Shown piece by piece: positions 60,346 through 64,000 of a DNA stretch of 64,000 nt. The position numbers and the translations under genes are program-made. The notes under the pieces were generated by a model that saw only the letters and a list, made by a program, of their open reading frames with translations, was not told where the DNA came from and searched no databases. Position 1 is the stretch's first letter. Every line of letters begins with the position of its first letter. The stretch comes from Spirochaetia bacterium (GTDB taxonomy: Bacteria > Spirochaetota > Spirochaetia > UBA9216), in assembly GCA_963675665.1 (NCBI GenBank), contig OY776510.1, positions 3,936,001 to 4,000,000 of the forward strand, written 5' to 3'.

Positions 60346-60639
60346 ATGTCTATCTATCGAGTACATTTCAAATGGAAGGATAAAGAACTCCAGCTTAAGG
60401 CAGCCAGCCTGGACCTGACTCATCCTTACTTTGTTTCCATAAAAGACCTGATTTTGGGAAAAGAATCAAAACTGATTATCGATCCCTCTGAAGACGAGGT
60501 CAGAAGATTGTTCGGCAAGGCGGAACATCTTATGATTCCGTTTCAGACAGTATCTTTAATAGAAGAGTTTAAGGATAATGCTTTTGACAATCCCCGCGTA
60601 ATGGATTTTAAACTTTTCGAAGAAGAAAAAAATCAGTGA
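60346..60639 (+). CDS. DUF1820-like small protein
   Basis: IYRVHF, LIIDPSED, IPFQTVSLIEE. Confidence 0.7.
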   Translation: MSIYRVHFKWKDKELQLKAASLDLTHPYFVSIKDLILGKESKLIIDPSEDEVRRLFGKAEHLMIPFQTVSLIEEFKDNAFDNPRVMDFKLFEEEKNQ

Positions 60640-60875
60640 CATGGGACACACGCGTTATCGTATACCCTGAGGGAGACTGTATCGAAATCAGGCGCGATTT
60701 AAAAATAAATGAACTGGTCGATTTAAACGGGAACCCTGTAAGGCTTCCACTCCCGACCCACAGAATGATTGTTTACAGGGTTTACCGGAAGACGACATCC
60801 GACACCAACAACGGCCCGGTAATAAAATATCACCTTGAACAGCTGCCCGCGTCCGAAACAATAAATCTTGTCTGA
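60636..60875 (+). CDS. Hypothetical protein
   Basis: GTGA overlap with the upstream stop; NELVDLNGNP.LPLP motif. Confidence 0.6.
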   Translation: MTWDTRVIVYPEGDCIEIRRDLKINELVDLNGNPVRLPLPTHRMIVYRVYRKTTSDTNNGPVIKYHLEQLPASETINLV

Positions 60876-60908
60876 GTTTTTTTCCGAATCCGGCGTTAAT
60901 GCAGCCTG

Positions 60909-62507
60909 TTATTCCGCAGCACTATGTTCGCCGAATATCCGGTAATCAAGATCCGGGAATATTTTATTTTCCTTCTCAATCCTGGTCAGCCATTCCGTAT
61001 TTACCGTATTCCGGCAAAGATTATCGTAAATCTTGTTAAAATTATGCAGATGCCTTTTTACCCGCATCTTTGCATAATCAGCATTCAGACATGTTTTCAT
61101 AATAAACGGCCAGTCGGACGCCTGTGACAACAGGACTTCGCGTGCAGCCTGATCAAGCACGCGCTTTTTTAATCCCGATTCATCCGGAAAACGGGTAACA
61201 AGTTCCTGCATCCGTTCGGATGCCTTGTGAAGATGTCTGTAGATCCAGTCATTTGCTCCTCCAAGCCATACCGAAGCATATCCTTTATTACCCCAGCTGG
61301 AAAATATCGGTTCAACCTTTTCATTGTCTTTATATTCATCAACATACTCGGAAGGACTGATCATCTCGACGTCTTCCGATTCAGCCGCCATCCTGATAAC
61401 ATGCTCAAACCAGACAATTCCTTCGTACCACCATTTACCGAATATCTCGGTATCATAGGGACAGATAATAATAGGCGGACGATCCATCAGTTTATTCAGT
61501 TTGGCAACCTGGTTAACCCGCTGATAGATAAAATTTTCGGCATGCTCAACGGCTTTGGCCCTGGCTTTTTCAGGGTTGTAAAGCTGGCCCTTTTCGCCGC
61601 TGCTCAGCCTGTAGTATTTATATCCTGTTGTAATCCTTATCTTTTCATCGAAAATATGCGGGCCGATATACTCAAAAGGCTGGTTAAAACCTATGTCCTG
61701 GGTCCCGTCGCGATAAAGTCTGTCCCCGGGATACCCGTCCTCATTAGACCATACGGACCGTGATGCCGGGATATCACGTGAAAAAGCAAGGATTCCGGCG
61801 TCTGTTTCAACAGGAGCATAAACCCCGTATCTGGACTTTTTACCTGCAAAGAGCTGGCCGTGAGCAGTTATAAAACTGTAATCAATTCCATGCTGCTTCA
61901 TATATTTTCCGAGACCGGGGAAATAACCCAGTTCAGGAATCCACATTCCCCTCGGCGCCTGTCCGAATACACGGCCGTATGAAATTACTGCGGTATGGAT
62001 TTGTGCTTCTATTACCTGCGGTAATTCCTGGTAAAGAGGCAGGAAGGCATGTGTTGCTGCCGTAGTGATTATCTCGATACACCCGGCTTTTTCAAGATGC
62101 TTAAACCCTTTTATCAGGTTTCGTTTATATAATTCTTCAAAATCGGCAAGGCATTTTTCATAATGACTCTTATAAAGTTTCGACAACTTGAGAATATCGG
62201 AGTTTTTACGGTTTCGTTCGATCTCCTTTTCACCGAGAACAATCTTGTCTTTCAGAAAAAGAACAAATCTTTCCTGAAGAAGATCATCAAGAAGCATGGT
62301 AGTAAGTGTGGGAGATAATGAAACCGTTATCCTGTAGGGTACTTTTTCTTCATAAAGTCTGGTCAGTACATCCAGAAGAGGCATATAAGTTTCTGCAAGC
62401 GCATCGAAAAACCAGTTTTCTTCAAGGCATTTCTCTTTTTCGGGATGATGAACATAGGGAAGATGAGAGTGAAGCACAAAACCAAGATATCCTTTATTGA
62501 TGCTCAT
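60909..62507 (-). CDS. GH57 1,4-alpha-glucan branching enzyme (with DUF1957 domain)
   Basis: LHSHLPY, ETYMPL, ATHAFLP, WIPE, PYDTEIFGKWWYEG, SSWG, QASDWPFIM. Confidence 0.9.
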   Translation of the reverse strand: MSINKGYLGFVLHSHLPYVHHPEKEKCLEENWFFDALAETYMPLLDVLTRLYEEKVPYRITVSLSPTLTTMLLDDLLQERFVLFLKDKIVLGEKEIERNRKNSDILKLSKLYKSHYEKCLADFEELYKRNLIKGFKHLEKAGCIEIITTAATHAFLPLYQELPQVIEAQIHTAVISYGRVFGQAPRGMWIPELGYFPGLGKYMKQHGIDYSFITAHGQLFAGKKSRYGVYAPVETDAGILAFSRDIPASRSVWSNEDGYPGDRLYRDGTQDIGFNQPFEYIGPHIFDEKIRITTGYKYYRLSSGEKGQLYNPEKARAKAVEHAENFIYQRVNQVAKLNKLMDRPPIIICPYDTEIFGKWWYEGIVWFEHVIRMAAESEDVEMISPSEYVDEYKDNEKVEPIFSSWGNKGYASVWLGGANDWIYRHLHKASERMQELVTRFPDESGLKKRVLDQAAREVLLSQASDWPFIMKTCLNADYAKMRVKRHLHNFNKIYDNLCRNTVNTEWLTRIEKENKIFPDLDYRIFGEHSAAE

Positions 62508-62513
62508 AAATCT

Positions 62514-63242
62514 TTACTCCAGAAAATCACTGTCTATCATTGAAATTATACGCTGCGGGATTTTCCCGGCAGCTTCATATTCGCTCAGATCATATACTCC
62601 TGCAACAATCAGCAGATCATTACCTGTGCCCTTAAGTTCTTTCAGATTTTTAAGTTCATCGACTTCCCAGAGAGGACTCTCAACTATATTTGATCTGCAG
62701 AGTATCTTAACCGAAGACTGGCTTTTCAGAATCAGCTCGGCGCAATAAAATATTCCGGTTCGGGGCAGATTGATATACCAGCTGCTGTCGTCTACAGTTA
62801 CAGGGATATCGGAAAAATCAAGAATATTCTTCTTTTCAAATACGGAGGTTTTTAATTCGTAAACCCTCAGGAACAGCTTCCCGTTCAAAGCCCCGTATTT
62901 AAGTGCCGAGATATCGGATTCTTTAATATCCCAGTAAGTATAGGCCCACGCGGGGTCTCTTAAAAGCATAACAATCTTTGTTTCATTGTACCTTTCAGGC
63001 AGCGGATACATATCTTCATCAAAATCGAACTGTTCGTTCAGTGTGATATCGAATTTCCGCTCTTTAATCTGCATGGCAGGATTGTTTGCCAGGGCATTCT
63101 CTGCACGGTCTTCTTCAATTGCATCAAGAATCAGATCGATCAAATCCTGCTTGTCTATGGAATCATTGAAACTTATACCCTCTTTTACTGCAAGATTCCG
63201 TAAAAATTCTTCAGGTAATAACTGCAGCCGTTCCTCTGTCAT
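62514..63242 (-). CDS. DUF4912 domain protein
   Basis: LPERYNETKIVMLLRDP.WAYTYWD, WYINLP, RSNIVESP. Confidence 0.85.
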   Translation of the reverse strand: MTEERLQLLPEEFLRNLAVKEGISFNDSIDKQDLIDLILDAIEEDRAENALANNPAMQIKERKFDITLNEQFDFDEDMYPLPERYNETKIVMLLRDPAWAYTYWDIKESDISALKYGALNGKLFLRVYELKTSVFEKKNILDFSDIPVTVDDSSWYINLPRTGIFYCAELILKSQSSVKILCRSNIVESPLWEVDELKNLKELKGTGNDLLIVAGVYDLSEYEAAGKIPQRIISMIDSDFLE

Positions 63243-63265
63243 CGTACCCCCCGGTGTATCAACTA

Positions 63266-63294
63266 ATCCTAGATAAATGAATATGTTGTGTCAA
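63266..63294 (-). promoter_or_regulatory. Sigma70 promoter for DUF4912-GH57
   Basis: TTGACA-N17-TAGGAT; G-rich SD downstream. Confidence 0.7.
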
Positions 63295-63298
63295 TAGT

Positions 63299-64000
63299 TT
63301 ATGGCTTTAACATGCCCATTATACACACAACATCTCCAATGCCAAGCCGTTTTGCAAGCTTATCTGCGGCCTTTTTTACAGGCAGCGGGGCCGTTCCGGC
63401 GGCAAGGCCTCCCCAGGTTGCCGTTTTCAATATCCGGAATCCGTACATACTTATAAGCTTTCGCAATGTCCTGCCTGAAAAAAGGTACATGTGATCAGCA
63501 ATTGCAGATCTCCACCTTTCTCCGAACAGTTTAGCCTGAAAACCGCTGATATCCGGGGTTACAACAATAAAAAGGCCTCCCGGCTTCAACAATCTGGCTG
63601 TTTCTGAAATAAAAGAACACGGATCAATAAGGTGTTCAATAAGATGAGAGCTGTGCACAACATCAAATGATTTATCCGGCAGGCCGGCTGTTTCGATTGT
63701 TCCGGGATATATATCAAGCTGATATTTATTTATGCCGTACATTGCTGCAGGCCGACAGACTTCTATACCTTTTACATTCCAGCCCCGGCCCCGCATATAC
63801 TGCAGCAGACGTCCTGTTGCACAGCCGACATCCAGAAACGACGGCTTTTCATTGTCGCTCCTGATAAAAAAATCGGTCTCAATTTTAAAGAAACCGACGT
63901 CCTTAAGTCCAAGCTTCATCAGCCTGAAAAAAACATCGCTGTTTTCCATTTCATAATCAAAATATTCATTATCATAACGTTTGAGAAGTTCATCTTCAAC
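63299..64000 (-). CDS. Class I SAM-dependent methyltransferase (5'-partial)
   Basis: LDVGCATG, FDVV, HLIEHL.DP, LKPGG; frame is open to the window end. Confidence 0.88.
   Translation of the reverse strand, partial: VEDELLKRYDNEYFDYEMENSDVFFRLMKLGLKDVGFFKIETDFFIRSDNEKPSFLDVGCATGRLLQYMRGRGWNVKGIEVCRPAAMYGINKYQLDIYPGTIETAGLPDKSFDVVHSSHLIEHLIDPCSFISETARLLKPGGLFIVVTPDISGFQAKLFGERWRSAIADHMYLFSGRTLRKLISMYGFRILKTATWGGLAAGTAPLPVKKAADKLAKRLGIGDVVCIMGMLKP

Overview
Core chromosomal window of a flagellated spirochaete (Spirochaetaceae-like, judged from gene order and proteins such as FlbB, FliY and a FlgE with K165/C178). About 46 kb (60165 down to 13825) is one minus-strand block: a reduced dcw cluster (mraZ-rsmH-ftsL-murF-mraY-ftsW-ftsQ-ftsA-ftsZ), then xerD-TPR-dprA-topA-xerC-hslVU, then the flgB flagellar operon through flhF-flhG-flgV-fliA-fapA, ending in an orphan, divergent CheA-like kinase. 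The left end has a LacI-type regulator and GH4 glycosidase, nnr, a lipoprotein, secA, a LysM/M23 peptidase and an S26 peptidase-PBP-Maf operon. The right end has DUF1820, a GH57 branching enzyme, DUF4912 and a partial methyltransferase. I saw no rRNA, tRNA, CRISPR or transposase. The unexplained signal is mostly non-coding: (1) a sigma28-type promoter and terminator bracketing about 60 nt with no credible ORF (candidate sRNA, 13701-13763); (2) a duplicated hairpin cassette with CACGGATG motifs in the flgB leader; (3) a 35-bp x ~4.9 tandem repeat that folds back on the secA stop; (4) perfect palindromes in the motB-fliL and fliI-fliH spacers; (5) two apparently leaderless sigma70 promoters. All calls rest on motif recognition and recalled synteny; no database searches were run.
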